From Octopus bimaculoides (lineage: Eukaryota), in the NCBI RefSeq assembly GCF_001194135.2, contig NC_068994.1, positions 41,359,018 to 41,423,017 on the forward strand: a stretch of DNA of 64,000 nt, in the 5' to 3' direction. The translations under genes were made by a program, and so were the position numbers. The notes below the pieces were generated by a model that saw only the letters and a program-made list of their open reading frames with translations, was not told the origin of the DNA and searched no databases. Below are positions 1 through 13,004 of this stretch, piece by piece. Position 1 is the stretch's first letter. Each line of letters begins with the position of its first letter.

Positions 1-18
1 ATACATACATATGCATAT

Positions 19-95
<77 letters not shown>

Positions 96-470
96 GTATA
101 CATCTATATAAATGTGTATATATGTGTGTACATATATGAATGTGTGTGATGTGTGTGTATATATATAAGTATATATATACATATAGATGTAGTCCATCAC
201 AATATTTTTGCCTCTATATATATACATATGTATATATATATACATATATATGCGCAAATATATATATATATATCTAAATTTTATGTACACTTCATATATA
301 TGCATATACACTTATACATATGCATACTTATATACGTATATGAATATGTGTGTGTGTGTGTATGTTCACATCTGTGTATGTGTGTGTTTACATATACAGA
401 GAAAGAGAGAAAGAGTGCATGAATGTGTATATCACAAATTTACGTTTTTTAAATTATTTGTGCCTTGCAT
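1..470. repeat. Compound (TA)n/(TG)n/(TACA)n microsatellite tract
   Basis: Directly visible dinucleotide runs; source of the YI/CV-rich ORFs 63-474. Confidence 0.95.
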
Positions 471-905
471 ATGACAAACAATTTGAGGAGCTGCTTAAAT
501 AATGCTAAGAATATGCGGACTTGTGATTTTAACCTCAACAAACCTCACCCTAAACAACCTTATACAGTAGCTTAACCTTGTCGTCTCAGCCACACAGACC
601 TACTCTAGAGTTCACTGACCATGGAAGTAACCACATTGCTGATAATTCCGTTATTAGCTTGATTTATAGAGATTATTTAGGTTAAAAGAAAAGAAATATA
701 CAGACTCTGAGAAAATCGGTGTGGTGTGTGCATCGACAAAATACACACAGCAAAGTTTTGGTTGTCTTGAGAAAAAACATAAACCACGGGGAGATGAATA
801 ATTTACTGTTTCAAAGGGTGAGCTACATCTTGGAGAGAGAGACACACACACACACATTCACACAAACATACACACATTCGCATACACAGACATGAACACA
901 CACAC

Positions 906-1073
906 ACGACAGGTTTCCCCTCAATTTCTGCCCCTCAAATTCTCTCACAAGGCATTAGTCAACCTGAGGCTTTGGTAAAAGACGCTTGTCCAAGGTGCAG
1001 CACAGTGGAATTGAACCCAAAACCATGTGGTTACAAAGTTAGCTTCTTAACCACACAGCCATGCCTGCACCTA
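906..1073 (-). mobile_element. SINE family A, 5' (tRNA-like head) half, diverged
   Basis: Reverse complement reads AGGTGCAGGCATGGCTGTGTGGTTAAG...GGTTCAATTCC (A/B box), homologous to the full copies at 43838-44296 and 61721-62296. Confidence 0.8.
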
Positions 1074-1240
1074 TATATGTTTTATTATAGGAGGTCTAAT
1101 TGCAGTTAAAGGTAAGTCTGGAAGAAAATTATTTGACATCAATTATCAGTAATAAGGTTTGATAAAATTTGATTATTATGACTATGTATATTTATTAATT
1201 CATAATCATTTCCCATCTTAATTTGATGGCCAAAACAGCT

Positions 1241-2276
1241 ATGATCTACTTTAATAAATTCAATGTGATGAACAAGTTAATTATGATCTATACTTCTCAC
1301 TTTAATATGATGAACAAGAAAATATGATCTATACTTTACACTTTAGTATAGTGAATAAATGAATTATAATCTGCATTTTTCATTTTAATATGGTGATTGA
1401 GACACACATGATCTATACCACACACTCTTTATATGATGAACAAGGGAATCATAATCTGTATTTTTATTGAGTGATACAAGGAAGGTGCTGAAAAGTTCCT
1501 GGCTTTAAGGGTATTGTAAAGGGTCTGGTTAGAGGCTTAGAGGCTCAGCTTTCTGAGTTCTTTTACAGAAATGGAATACTGTTGCAATAAGTGCATGAAT
1601 CTGAGAGGGTAATATGTTGAATAAAATCATAATTAACTGATCCTTCTGTATTTTCTTTTACTCAAAGTCAGGAACTTTTCAGCACCCCCTCATATAATTG
1701 TGATTAGTATGTTTCATTTTAGTAATGTAAATGAGATGGTAGATGAGACAATTTTGATCTGAATATAACAACACCTTAGTGTGTGAACTAAACAGCTTTG
1801 ATTTGAACATCTCACTTAATGAACAAAGCAGCTTTGATTTGAAGTTCTTATTTTAGTATGGTGAACAAGACAAATATGATTTATATGTCATACTTTACTA
1901 TTGTGAACCAAAAAAATCATAATATGTACTTTTCCTTTTAACATGATGGATAAGACAAATGTGATCTATACCTCACACCCTTTGTATGATGATTGAGCGA
2001 ATCATAATCTGTATCATGTTAATATGGTGAAAGATATAATTTAAGATCGGTATGTCTCACTTTTGTTAAACGAGGCAATTTTGATCCACACCTTTCACTT
2101 TAGTATGGTGAACAAGATGATGAATGAAACAGTTTTGATCTGGATATAACACCTTAGTGTGTGAACTAGACAATTCTGATTTGTACATCTCACTTAACCA
2201 TTGTGAACAAGGTTATTTCGATTTGAATTTCACTCCTCAGTATGATGAGCAAAAAAAGACTTGAATGATCTATACT
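1241..2276. repeat. Degenerate ~41-42 bp satellite array (about 20 units), interrupted by a mariner MITE
   Basis: Recurring unit TGATCTATAC..CACTTT(A/G)(A/G)TATG(A/G)TGAACAAG; 1745-1870 resembles 2120-2250 more closely than adjacent units. Confidence 0.8.
1475..1694 (+). mobile_element. Mariner-derived MITE (TA-flanked, ~30 bp TIR)
   Basis: Left TACAAGGAAGGTGCTGAAAAGTTCCTGGCTTT vs reverse complement of right end TATGAGGGGGTGCTGAAAAGTTCCTGACTTT; internal remnant reads like a mariner C-terminus (..NKCMNLRG*YVE*). Confidence 0.85.
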
Positions 2277-2289
2277 AAATCCATCTTTT

Positions 2290-3245
2290 TGCCGCTGTTA
2301 TTGTCTTGTTGGTTAGCACTAAGTCAATCACGATCAAGCAGTCCACTATTCCAAGACATTCCATCTATGACCATCCATGGTGATTTTAGTGATAGAACTG
2401 ATACTAATGGGGACAGCATCAGTGGTGGGGATGAAAAATACTTATGGTACTGATGGCAATTACGGAAAAAAGATGGTACTACTAATGGTCTTGTCAGCAC
2501 TAGTGATGATGATGATGATGGTGGTGGTGGTGGCGGTGGTAGTGGTGGTGGTGGTAGTTTGGTGGTTGTGGTAGTTGTGAAGGTATGTGGCTTAGTGGTT
2601 GGAACATTTGACTCACAATGGTAAGGTTGTGAGTTTCTTTCTTGGCAGCATGTCATGTCCTCGAGCAAAACACTCTATTTCACATTGCTCCACTCCACTC
2701 CACTCCACTCCACTCCACTCAACTCAGCTGGCAAGAATGAGTTGTTCCTGTAATTCAAAGGGTTAATCTTGTCACATTCTGTGTTATGTCAATCTCCCTG
2801 AGAACTACATTAAAGGCATGTGTGTCCACGGAGTGCTCAACCACTTGCACGTTAATGTCATGAGCAGGCTGTTCTGTTGATTGGATCAACTAGAACAGTC
2901 ATCATTATAACTGATGGAATATGGTGGTAGTAGTAATGGTAGAGGCAGTGGTAAAGATGGAGGCGATGGAGTGGCAGTGGCAGTAGTAATGATGATGGAA
3001 ACAGCAGAAGCAGTGATAGTGGTGGTAGTGGCGGTGTTAGTGATGGTGGCTGTGGTGATGGTGATGGTGGTGGTAGTGAGACTGCTGTGCTACTACTGGT
3101 ACTGGCTTTAGTGGTGTTAGAAATAGTAGTGGTAATGATTTGGTGGTGGTGATAGTTATAGTGAGAGTTGTGGTGATGATGGTAGTTGTGGTGGTGGTGG
3201 CAGTGGCGGCGGTGGTGGTGGTGGTAGCAGTGGTGGAGATGTCAA
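2290..3245. repeat. (GGT/GAT/AGT)n trinucleotide mosaic split by a SINE E copy
   Basis: Visible G-rich triplet runs at 2290-2578 and 2921-3245. Confidence 0.85.
2580..2920 (+). mobile_element. SINE family E (tRNA-like head, CORE/V-like central GTCCTCGAGCAAAACACT segment) with internal (CTCCA)n expansion
   Basis: A box TGGCTTAGTGGTT; homologous to the minus copy at 24530-24838 and older copies near 17290-17520 and 18700-18965. Confidence 0.75.
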
Positions 3246-3907
3246 TGACGAGCCACTTTCACTCGAGAAAAACATAATAATTATATGCTAAGGCCAGGGC
3301 TGATGAGTTCTTATAGATCAAAACTTTATGAAATCACATAATTTAATTAATTCTATTTATCAACAAGGCTAATTTCTAGTCAAATAATGTGTAAATTTAC
3401 GCATTACTGGATTCCAGGTAATTAGATTGAGGTAGACAGTTGATGAGATTAATAGTTTTAATTAAACATCTTACTAACATCATTGATTCAGAAATGCTAT
3501 AGAGATGCCAGAGAACACTAGAGCTAACTGTATGAGATGGTGTGCCATCACCTGAGCTTGCTTGAAATATCTTTATGGAAGCTTTAATAAAATTAATGAT
3601 TCTATCTAAATTTAAATGAACAGAATATTAAAATAATGCATCTCTCTAAAAGATACTTGAGATTATTATTGTCATTGCTCCTGAAACAATTCATCAATAT
3701 TTTCTCAGAGAGAGAGAGACAGACAGAAACAGAGACAGAGAGACAGAGATAGAGATATAGTTTTGCAAAGTAATCAATGCTAAGATGAACTGGTGAGAAA
3801 TATATATATGTGTGTGTGTATTTATATGTATATGTATGTATGTATATATATATATATGTGTGTGTGTGTGTATATATGAAACAATAATAATAATAATAAT
3901 AATTACA

Positions 3908-4064
3908 GCGACCCCAGTGAAACACTGATATTTAATTTATCGACCACCCCAAAAAGATGAATGACAAAGTTGACTGCAGTGGAATTTGAACTCGGGATGT
4001 AGTGGCAGATGAAATGCCACTAAGCATTTCACCCATGCTAACGATTCTGCCAGCTCGCCATCTT

Positions 4065-4099
<35 letters not shown>

Positions 4100-4819
4100 G
4101 GGTTTCAAATTTTGCCAGAAGGGCAGCCATTTTTGTGGGGAGGGGCTAAGCCGATTGCATCAAACCTAGTGTTTCGCTGGCACTTAATTTATCGACCCCA
4201 AAAGGATGAGGGACAAAGTCGACCTCAGGGGAATTTGAACTCAGAACATAGCAGCAAATGAAATACCGCTAAGCATTTCACCCAGCGTGCTAATGATTCT
4301 GCCAGCTCACTGCCTTAATAATCATAATAATAACAATCCTTCCTGCTATAGGCACAAGGCCTGAAATTTGGGGAGAGGGGAGTCGATTACGGTGGCCTCA
4401 GTGCATAACTGGTACTTATTTAATCAACCCGGAAAGGANNNNNNNNNNNNNNNNNNNNNNNNNNNNNNNNNNNNNNNNNNNNNNNNNNNNNNNNNNNNNN
4501 NNNNNNNNNNNNNNNNNNNNNNNNNNNNNNNNNNNNNNNNNNNNNNNNAAGTCAACCTCGGTAGAATTTGAACTCAGAACGTAAAGACAGATGAAATCCC
4601 GCTAAGCATTTCACCCGGCGTGTTAATGTTTCTTCTTTCTTTCATTGCACACAAGGGGCTAAACATAGAGGGGACAAACAAGGACAGACAAAAGGATTAA
4701 GCTGATTACATCGACTCCAGTGCATTACTGGTACTTAATTTATCGACTCCGAAAGGATGAAAGGCAAAGTCGACCTTGGCCAAATTTGAACTGAGAATGT
4801 AACACCAGCTTGCCACCTT
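3908..4819 (-). mobile_element. Tandem cluster of four SINE family B copies
   Basis: Repeated GTCGACCTCGG..GGAATTTGAACTCAGAA..CTAAGCATTTC..ATTCTGCCAGCTCGCC blocks at ~3908-4063, 4098-4317, 4334-4630 (with gap) and 4640-4819, separated by (AAT)n. Confidence 0.9.
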
Positions 4820-4974
4820 GACAATGATAATAATAACAATAATTTTCTGCCTTCAGTATTCTAAAAGTAGAAATACTTCTTGGCTAGGGAGTAATCTACT
4901 GCAATTATATTCTCCATGTTAATTTGATTTGTGAGGGGGTAAAAAATCATTTGAAGATATTAAAATATCATTGC

Positions 4975-5330
4975 ATCCGACATCATCATCAATGTCAACA
5001 TCGTTGTCATCACTGTCATTGTCATTGACATCATAGTCACCAATGTCACCGTCATTGATGTCAGATCAGCACCACTATGATCACAACCACCACAAGCTCA
5101 ACAGCCACTACCACTACCACCCATTGCTACCACCACCACCACCCATTGCTGCCACTGCTACTGATGGCCTAGCCACCACCATCATTACCACCACTGCAAT
5201 AACCACTACTGCAACCACCATAACTACCATAGCTACCACTACCACAACTACTACCACAGAAACTACTACTTCCACTGGTGCTGTCACCACTACCACCACC
5301 TTAATCCTCATCATCATCACATTTAATTAT
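4975..5330. repeat. (CAT/CAC/ACT)n trinucleotide mosaic
   Basis: Visible triplet runs; source of the poly-T/poly-V ORFs. Confidence 0.9.
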
Positions 5331-5838
5331 TGATTCTTTAATTGATTAAAAGCTGGATACTGTAATTTTTTTCTTTTTTGTGTGTGTATGCATGTGGCAT
5401 GTGTGCATGTGTGTGTGTGGTTTGTGTGCATGTGTGTGTGTGGTTTGTGTGTGGCGTGTGTGTCTGCGACATGTGTGTGTATGGGTGTGTATCAAACTTG
5501 AATTTAAAATATTCAATCTTTGGTGTGGGCGAATAAAAATAATTTTTGGTGGGGGGAAAAAATTGCTGTTATTAATAGAAATATTTGACATTATTTATCA
5601 TTGTGACAATCTAAGTCTATACATAATAAATATTCTGTTACTGATTAAAATGACAACACTATTGATTTCTAATAACTTTTGGCATAATATATAAACTGGT
5701 GAAAGCTGTTCAAAGCTGTCTTGTTGCAAAAAAAAATATAAGATATAAAAAAAAAAACTATAGTCGAATAAAGCCTCATGAGAAATTTTCATAGACACAA
5801 GCTGAAAGATGCCTGTCATGTAGATATATATGTATGTA

Positions 5839-5882
<44 letters not shown>

Positions 5883-5917
5883 TATGTATGTATATGTATA
5901 TATGTAAGTATATATAT

Positions 5918-6130
5918 ATGGTTGAAATTTACAGGAAACAAATGACAAAGACAGGTGCAAAGTAGAAAAGTCCTCGACATTTCGAGCGTACCCTCTTCAA
6001 CAAGGATTAAGAGGAAAAAAAGGAGAGAGAATGAAAAATGCGGAGAGAAAAATATGTGTAGGGATTAACAGTTCAACATGATGAAATGGCTGGAAGAAAG
6101 AAGCTGAGTGAAAGGGAGATAATAACGGAG
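5918..6130 (-). mobile_element. Probable Penelope-like pLTR fragment with a decayed hammerhead motif
   Basis: Minus strand 6006-5971 reads TCC TTGTTGA A GAGGGTACGCTC GAAAT GTC GAGGA (decayed CUGANGA-stem II-GAAA-GUC layout); element lies between (TA)n tracts. Confidence 0.45.
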
Positions 6131-6185
6131 ACCTGGCTGAATTAGGGTGCACAAGTGCATGTGTGTATTTTTTTCATATATATAC

Positions 6186-6296
<111 letters not shown>

Positions 6297-6886
6297 TGCG
6301 TGCATGTCTTTTTGCTTCAATTAATTTTGATTAAGACCCTTCAAGGCAGTGCACCAGCATGGCCACACTTCAAAGACTGAAACAAATAAAAGATCAAAGA
6401 TAGTGCCACTTTCTGGCTTCTCATAATTCCAATTGAAACTGGTAGTAAAAAAGCAGGTGATAATAACTGAATTTAAAATTAGTACAAAGTCAGGCCAGGC
6501 CAAAAATTGAAGAGCAAGTTGATCAGTCAAACCTAGAAGTGATTGATTCTTTATACAATTGACTCTGGAAGGATGAAAGCAATTTCTACTTCAACAGGAT
6601 TTGAACTCACATCATAAAGAAATGGGACAAAACCTGGAAGACATATTCTTTTACCTGTTTTAGTCATAAACACAGGAGTATTATTATAGTAGATTATCTC
6701 GGTAACCATAGGAGCTATAAAAACAAATACAAAGCCCAGCAACACCACCGGATCATTCTACACATCTGTGTAATTTTTCGTGCAATTCCACCCAGCCATT
6801 TGACTGTGAATCCCAAGACAAGAAAATATACAAGAAAGAATCGCCCATGTCAAATTTATATGTATGGATATATATATGTGGTGTGT

Positions 6887-7115
6887 GGCGGTGAGCTGGC
6901 AGAATCATTAGCACACCGGGTGAAATGCTTAGCGGTATTTCGTCTGCCACTACATTTTGAGTTCAAATTCTACCAAGGTCGACTTTGCTTTTCATCCTTT
7001 TGGGGTTGAAGAAATAAGTACCAGTTATGCACTGGGGCCAATGTAATCAACTTAATCCCTTTGTCAGTCCTTGTTTGTTCCATCTCTGTTTAGCCCCTTG
7101 TGGGCAATAAAGAAT
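6887..7115 (+). mobile_element. Full-length SINE family B with 16-bp TSD
   Basis: Head GGCGGTGAGCTGGCAGAATCATTAGC (A box), GAGTTCAAATTC (B box); flanked by TATATATGTGGTGTGT (6871-6886) and TATATATGTGATGTGT (7116-7131). Confidence 0.92.
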
Positions 7116-9469
7116 TATATATGTGATGTGTGTATGTATGTACGTATATATATGTGTGTGTGTTGTGAGAAATTGTGAATATTTGCATCTCGTTATCTTG
7201 ACATCATGTAATTGTTGTAAATGAACATGATTCATTTCCATTATTGCACTAAAGCATGTATGACCATGGGGAAATATTACCTTGCTTGAAAACAAATAAG
7301 AGTTGTCAACAGGATGGACATCTGGTTGTAGACAATTTGCCTCAGTAAATTCTGTCTGACACAGTCAAGTACAGAAAAGTGTGTATTAAAATAACGATGA
7401 CAACAACAACAATGACGACGATGATGATATCCCTTTCAGAGATTGTTTATCTGGAAAAACCCAACAGCATCAGCTTTGACAAAGAACTATGACATATTTC
7501 TGTAAAAAAGCTAAATAATATCTCATGCAAGCTAAGCATAAGTTAGTATTTCATTCATAAAAAAAAGAAAAAAATCCAATTCCTCATTAGAAACCTATTC
7601 AAATTTATCATAAAGAGGTACACATATTTACTACCAAGATTCTGTATATATATATATGTGAATGTTTTCTGGTTAATGGAATCAGTTTTCTACTTTTCTA
7701 TATTACAGAGCTATTTCATATTTTGATATTTTGCCTTTTAGTTGATGTTTAATGTTAAAGTAACATTTAAAACTTGATATATGAAGCAGCATATTTTTTA
7801 AAAACATTTATATAATCATTTATAAATTATTTTTCAAGTCAATGTTTTGTAAAAATGACATATTTGATAGCTGATTTAGGAAGTTGTGGCAAAATCTCCC
7901 CAGCCAGCAGAAGAAAATGAGAAGAAAAGAAATTTTTTAAAATCAAATGCAGTAATAAAATTTATGAAAGGTTCTAAATTCTATCTAAATTAATCTAAAA
8001 TATTGCAAAATTTTTGTACAGTTATGGAGCAAAATTAGAAGAAAGCTTTTATATGTAAGAAAGGTGAGAGTGAATAAGAGTTTCCACTATAGGCACAAGG
8101 CCCCAAATTTGGTAACGGTGGGCCGGTCAATTACATCAACCACAGTGTTCAACTACTATTTATTTCATCAACCCTGAAAGGCAGCATTGTAGCAAGGGCC
8201 ATAAAGGTTAAAAGGAACAGGGTAGAGTTATGTTCCCTCATTCTGTCATCGGTAGGTGGTGCTGTGATGGCACTTCAGCTATGGAGGTATAAAAACCCAA
8301 GAGAGATAACAATCTTCTTCTCTTTCACTGTCCCCACTTCTAGGCAGGCCACTTGTCAACTGACACAGCTAGCTAGGACTTCTAGCACGCTTCACTTTTA
8401 GCCATTACTGCTTCCTCATTATGTAGCTGGTGCATTTCTTACTCTCTTCTGTTTCAGCATCGACCACACAAGATGTAACCACATGTATATGACTCTTATT
8501 GAACCACATACTCTTTAGAATGAACACTGTTATAAAAACTTGTTTAACTTTGACTTGATGTTGTTTGTCATACCAGTACATACATCTTAACTCAAACAAG
8601 AACACAGGATTCATGTTCACTCTTCATTAAAAAGTCAACCTTTGTGGAATTTGAACTCAGAACATAAAAGTGGATGAAATGCCACTAAGCATCTTCCCAA
8701 CACACTCACAATTCTTTCAGTTCACCACCTTAGTGAGAGTAAATAATAATCTTATAATAATTCTGCCTGTTACTCCGTTACTTAGACTGTCCATAATGAT
8801 TCCACATGATTAGTTGAATCAGGGATGGAAGGGAAGAGAGAGATGGTGGTGAGTGAAATGTGTAATTTTTTGTTTGAACTGAGATTTTTCCCTCCATTAC
8901 TTAGCCCGTTTGTAACTCTATCATGTGATCAGTTGAAAGGAAAAGTAAAGTGTGAAAGAAAAAGGAATGAGTAAAAGAGGGTAAGGTGAAGAGTGAGAGA
9001 GAAAGAGGGAGAGTGTTGTGTATTAAGTCTATAAAATTGTGCATAAAGTATATAAAGTGTATTAAGTAATCATTGTATTCCGATTTCCTTCATTTTTCAA
9101 TTATTAGCAGAGTGACTGTCTTTTGAGACAGACACAGCACAGGCTATGTTTTCAGGTTTTTTTGGATAAAGTTTCCAAAAATAACCTAATAAATTTACCA
9201 TTAATTCCGTGAAATATTCGCAGGTCCCGCTAGTAATGATACTAATGAATTAATTGAGTACAGTGCTTAGGTGCACAACAACTTGTGAGGAAAAAGGTAA
9301 GAGAGTACAGAATCCAGCAATAAGATAAGTAAAAAAAACGACAGTAATGAAAGTCAAAATCAAATGCCCAGAATACACAAAAAAGACGGTAAAGTTAACA
9401 GTAGAAGAGCCAAGGAATTCTATGCATTGAAAAAAATATGTTGAAATATCATTTAAAAAATATATTAGT

Positions 9470-9620
9470 TTCTTGCATTTGTTTCAATCATTGGACTGCA
9501 GCCATGCTGGAGCACCACCTTCAAGGATTTAGTCAAACAAATTGCATTCCTCATTCAATACTTATTCTTTTTTTATGTCTGGTACTTATTTTATCAGACT
9601 TGTTTGCTGAACTGTTTTGA
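9470..9620 (-). mobile_element. SINE family A 3' half
   Basis: TTGTTTCAATCATTGGACTGCAGCCATGCTGGAGCACCACCTT matches the family A 3' end. Confidence 0.75.
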
Positions 9621-10439
9621 ATGGTGTTATAAACAAACCAACACCAGAGGTAGAGTGGAACGAACAGAAGCACAGAGACATACATTTATATATAAGACTG
9701 AGTGGGAATAAAATGTTTAATCCATAACACTGGGGAACAGGGATTTTGTTGTCTGACGTGGGAGACATGTTTTCTATTAATTCAGGGGTGCTGATTTCAA
9801 AACTGAAATTGGGGTAAAAAAAAATTGCAGCACTGTTTGCTCTTACAGAACATCCACATTGAAGTGGTGACAAACATTACTTGCCAGTACATTTACTGCT
9901 TTTATCTCTTACAGAGATTTTATAACTAGCTGCTTTGCTTGTTGCAAGATCAGCAACTGAATGTCACTTGAGATTTTATATATTGCAAACGTGAGCAAAC
10001 TACTGACATCTCTAGCAGACAGTCTTTTTGCATTGTAATTTGCAGTTACCAAAGTTATTTGAGTTCGTTCCATGTGTTTTTGTCTGGTATTGTGATATTT
10101 TTGTGTATTTTGCTTTGAACTGAACTGTTGTCCTTTGTGGAACAGTAATTTTTGCCCTACAGGGCAGAAAATTCTGTTTTAAAATTATTGTGGGAAAAAA
10201 AGAAATTATTATTGCTGAACTGTTTTTCTTTACCCGTTGCTGGGTAATGAACTTATTTTGTCATTCTTTGTCACTTTTGGCAATTTAAAAAAAAGTATAT
10301 GATGGAATTTAATATTGCATCAAAAAATGATTTTCCCGTGATGGGAAAAGGTAATACCAGTGAAAATGTAGGTGAAACAAAAACACAGGAAAAGGAAAAA
10401 CCCAAATTTTCTGCCGCTGTAGGCTGCAATATAATGACA

Positions 10440-10620
10440 GACAAAGGGATTAAGTTGATTACATCGACCCCAGTGAGTAAATAGTGCTTATTTAATCGGC
10501 CTCGAAAGGATGACTGGCGAAGTCAACCTTGGTGGAATTTGAACTCAGTATGTAACAGCAGACAAAATACTGCTAAGCATTTAACCGGGCGTGCTAACGA
10601 TTCTGCCAGCTCGCCACCCT
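10440..10620 (-). mobile_element. SINE family B
   Basis: GATTACATCGACCCCAG..GGAATTTGAACTCAG..ATTCTGCCAGCTCGCC. Confidence 0.85.
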
Positions 10621-11799
10621 AACTGTCAGCTTGCTGCCCTAAAACTCATTATAAATATTAACCTTACTCATTAGTTTAATCACAAATCTTAATGGGAAAC
10701 ATTTGTTATACCCCTGTTTGAAATTTGGTGGCACTGGGTATGGCAGCACACCCAATACCATAACCATAATATGCCACTGTACCCTACTAGCTTAGGTCTG
10801 CTCAAGCAGTATTGACCTGGGGCTAAATAGCAGCAACAACGGTTATCGAATATTTGAGAAGCAAAAGAGGAAATGCTTTATTATGTTTAGTGGGTACTTA
10901 AGAGACAACAAATGCTACAGCATTGGAAATGTTGAAATTACACATTACTATATGCTCTGGCTTCACTTGAGAAATTTATTTCAATATAGATTTATTGAAA
11001 TTTTGAAAGTTTGCTCAAGGTTTTGGCTAACTCTCATAGAACACGTGTATATTAGCATAATAGAGAAAAAAAATTATAATCGGATAATAACACCCCCACC
11101 CCACAAAAAATAATAAAATAACAGCAAATAGTCAAACAGATTTATTAATGTACATTTATGTTGATAGAAATATATGTAAGTATGCAAACAATCATACATA
11201 TTTATTTCTATGTATATACATATAAATATGTTTACATATGTTGCGATATGTTTGTGCGTATGAATGGATATGCATATAATTTTAATCTTTAAAAAGCTTT
11301 ACTTTTTCCTATTTGCATGCCATACGTAAATTTAGGATGTCGAACATAATATATTGAGTTTTTGATGTTCTGTGTGTTGTTGTTATGGACACCAATGAAA
11401 CTATGAAGCAGTGAACACACAGACACACTCAAACACATAAGCCATACATTTATACACACACACACATATGTGTACATGCATACATACATATATGTGCGCA
11501 TGTAAGTGTGTGTGTTTACGTACGCATGTGTGTATTTATATCCATATATGTGTGTGAATGTGTGTTTGTGTCTGTGTGTGTGTAAGTATGTATGTATACC
11601 TATATAATTTACATTTCCACACATTTTCTGGAAGTTTTTTTTTTCTTTTTTTCTTTTTGTATCTCAGTGAATTATCCATGACAAAATCTGTTTGAACGAA
11701 GGAAACTTATCATTAATATTGAATTTCAAATATTTTCATAGTGTCCCACCATCTCAGAGACCATCCAATAAAATAAAAATTCATGGTGTATTTCTAATC

Positions 11800-11857
<58 letters not shown>

Positions 11858-12619
11858 TATGTTTGTATGTGTGCGTGTGCATCTGTGTGCACATGTATAT
11901 TTGTGTATATGTATAGTGTGTGTGTGTGTGTATATATATNNNNNNNNNNNNNNNNNNNNNNNNNNNNNNNNNNNNNNNNNNNNNNNNNNNNNNNNNNNNN
12001 NNNNNNNNNNNNNNNNNNNNNNNNNNNNNNNNNNNNNNNNNNNNNNNNNNNNNNNNNNNNNNNNNNNNNNNNNNNNNNNNNNNNNNNNNNNNNNNNNNNN
12101 NNNNNNNNNNNNNNNNNNNNNNNNNNNNNNNNNNNNNNNNNNNNNNNNNNNNNNNNNNNNNNNNNNNNNNNNNNNNNNNNNNNNNNNNNNNNNNNNNNNN
12201 NNNNNNNNNNNNNNNNNNNNNNNNNNNNNNNNNNNNNNNNNNNNNNNNNNNNNNNNNNNNNNNNNNNNNNNNNNNNNNNNNNNNNNTATATATATATATA
12301 TATATCTGAATATGTACATATATACTTAGATACACAAACATACACACATACACATTTCAGTATATAAGTGTCATTTGAAGTAAGTTGATGGCGTTTCATT
12401 TGTGATGTTGTGATTTAAATTACACCACTGTCAGTTTGAATAGTTTAGCATGCCATGCAGAAACCAGCAGGTGCACACACATACACACACATTGTTATCC
12501 ATTATAATGGCATCAATATTGTGTTTCTTTTAGAAATACACTGAAGTAATACGAAAGATTCAAGATGATTTTAATGAAACATAGGTACATGTCATTTTCA
12601 TGGGATTGACTCAATTTTT

Positions 12620-12915
12620 ACTACTGCTGCTACTGCTGCTGCTACTACTACTACTACTATCACTACCAACACCACTGTTACTACTGCCACTAACACCACC
12701 ACTACAACTACTACTTTTACCACCACCGCCACCACTACTATCACCACCACCACTACAACTACTACCACCACTATCACCACCACCACCACCACCACTATCA
12801 CCACCACAACTACCACCACCACCACCACCGCCACCACCTCCGCTGCCACCACCACTACCTCCTCCACCACCACCACCATCACCACTACTACTACTACTAC
12901 TACTACTACCATGGT
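12620..12915. repeat. (ACT/ACC)n trinucleotide tract
   Basis: Visible; source of the poly-V/L/P ORFs 12598-13074. Confidence 0.9.
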
Positions 12916-13004
12916 GACTTCTGCTCTTTGAAGCTTGTTGATCTCACGCTGCCTTCTATTATGTACACCTGACTCACTTGTCCATGTGTCACTTGTTCTC
13001 AAAT

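Noticed and set aside
1241-2276. CRISPR-like regular spacing
   Set aside because: The whole unit is degenerate repeat with no unique spacers and no cas genes, in a eukaryotic context.
3295-3350. CTGATGA..GAAA as a hammerhead
   Set aside because: No stem I complement, poor stem II and no NUH in register.
6887-6975. tRNA genes (A/B-box heads of SINE A, B, E)
   Set aside because: No cloverleaf or acceptor stem; each head continues into a SINE body repeated across the window.
10299-10484. ORF MMEFNIASKNDFPVMGKG.. as a gene
   Set aside because: It is short, runs into a SINE B copy and has no recognisable motif; the region looks like a decayed DNA-transposon end but I could not pair TIRs.
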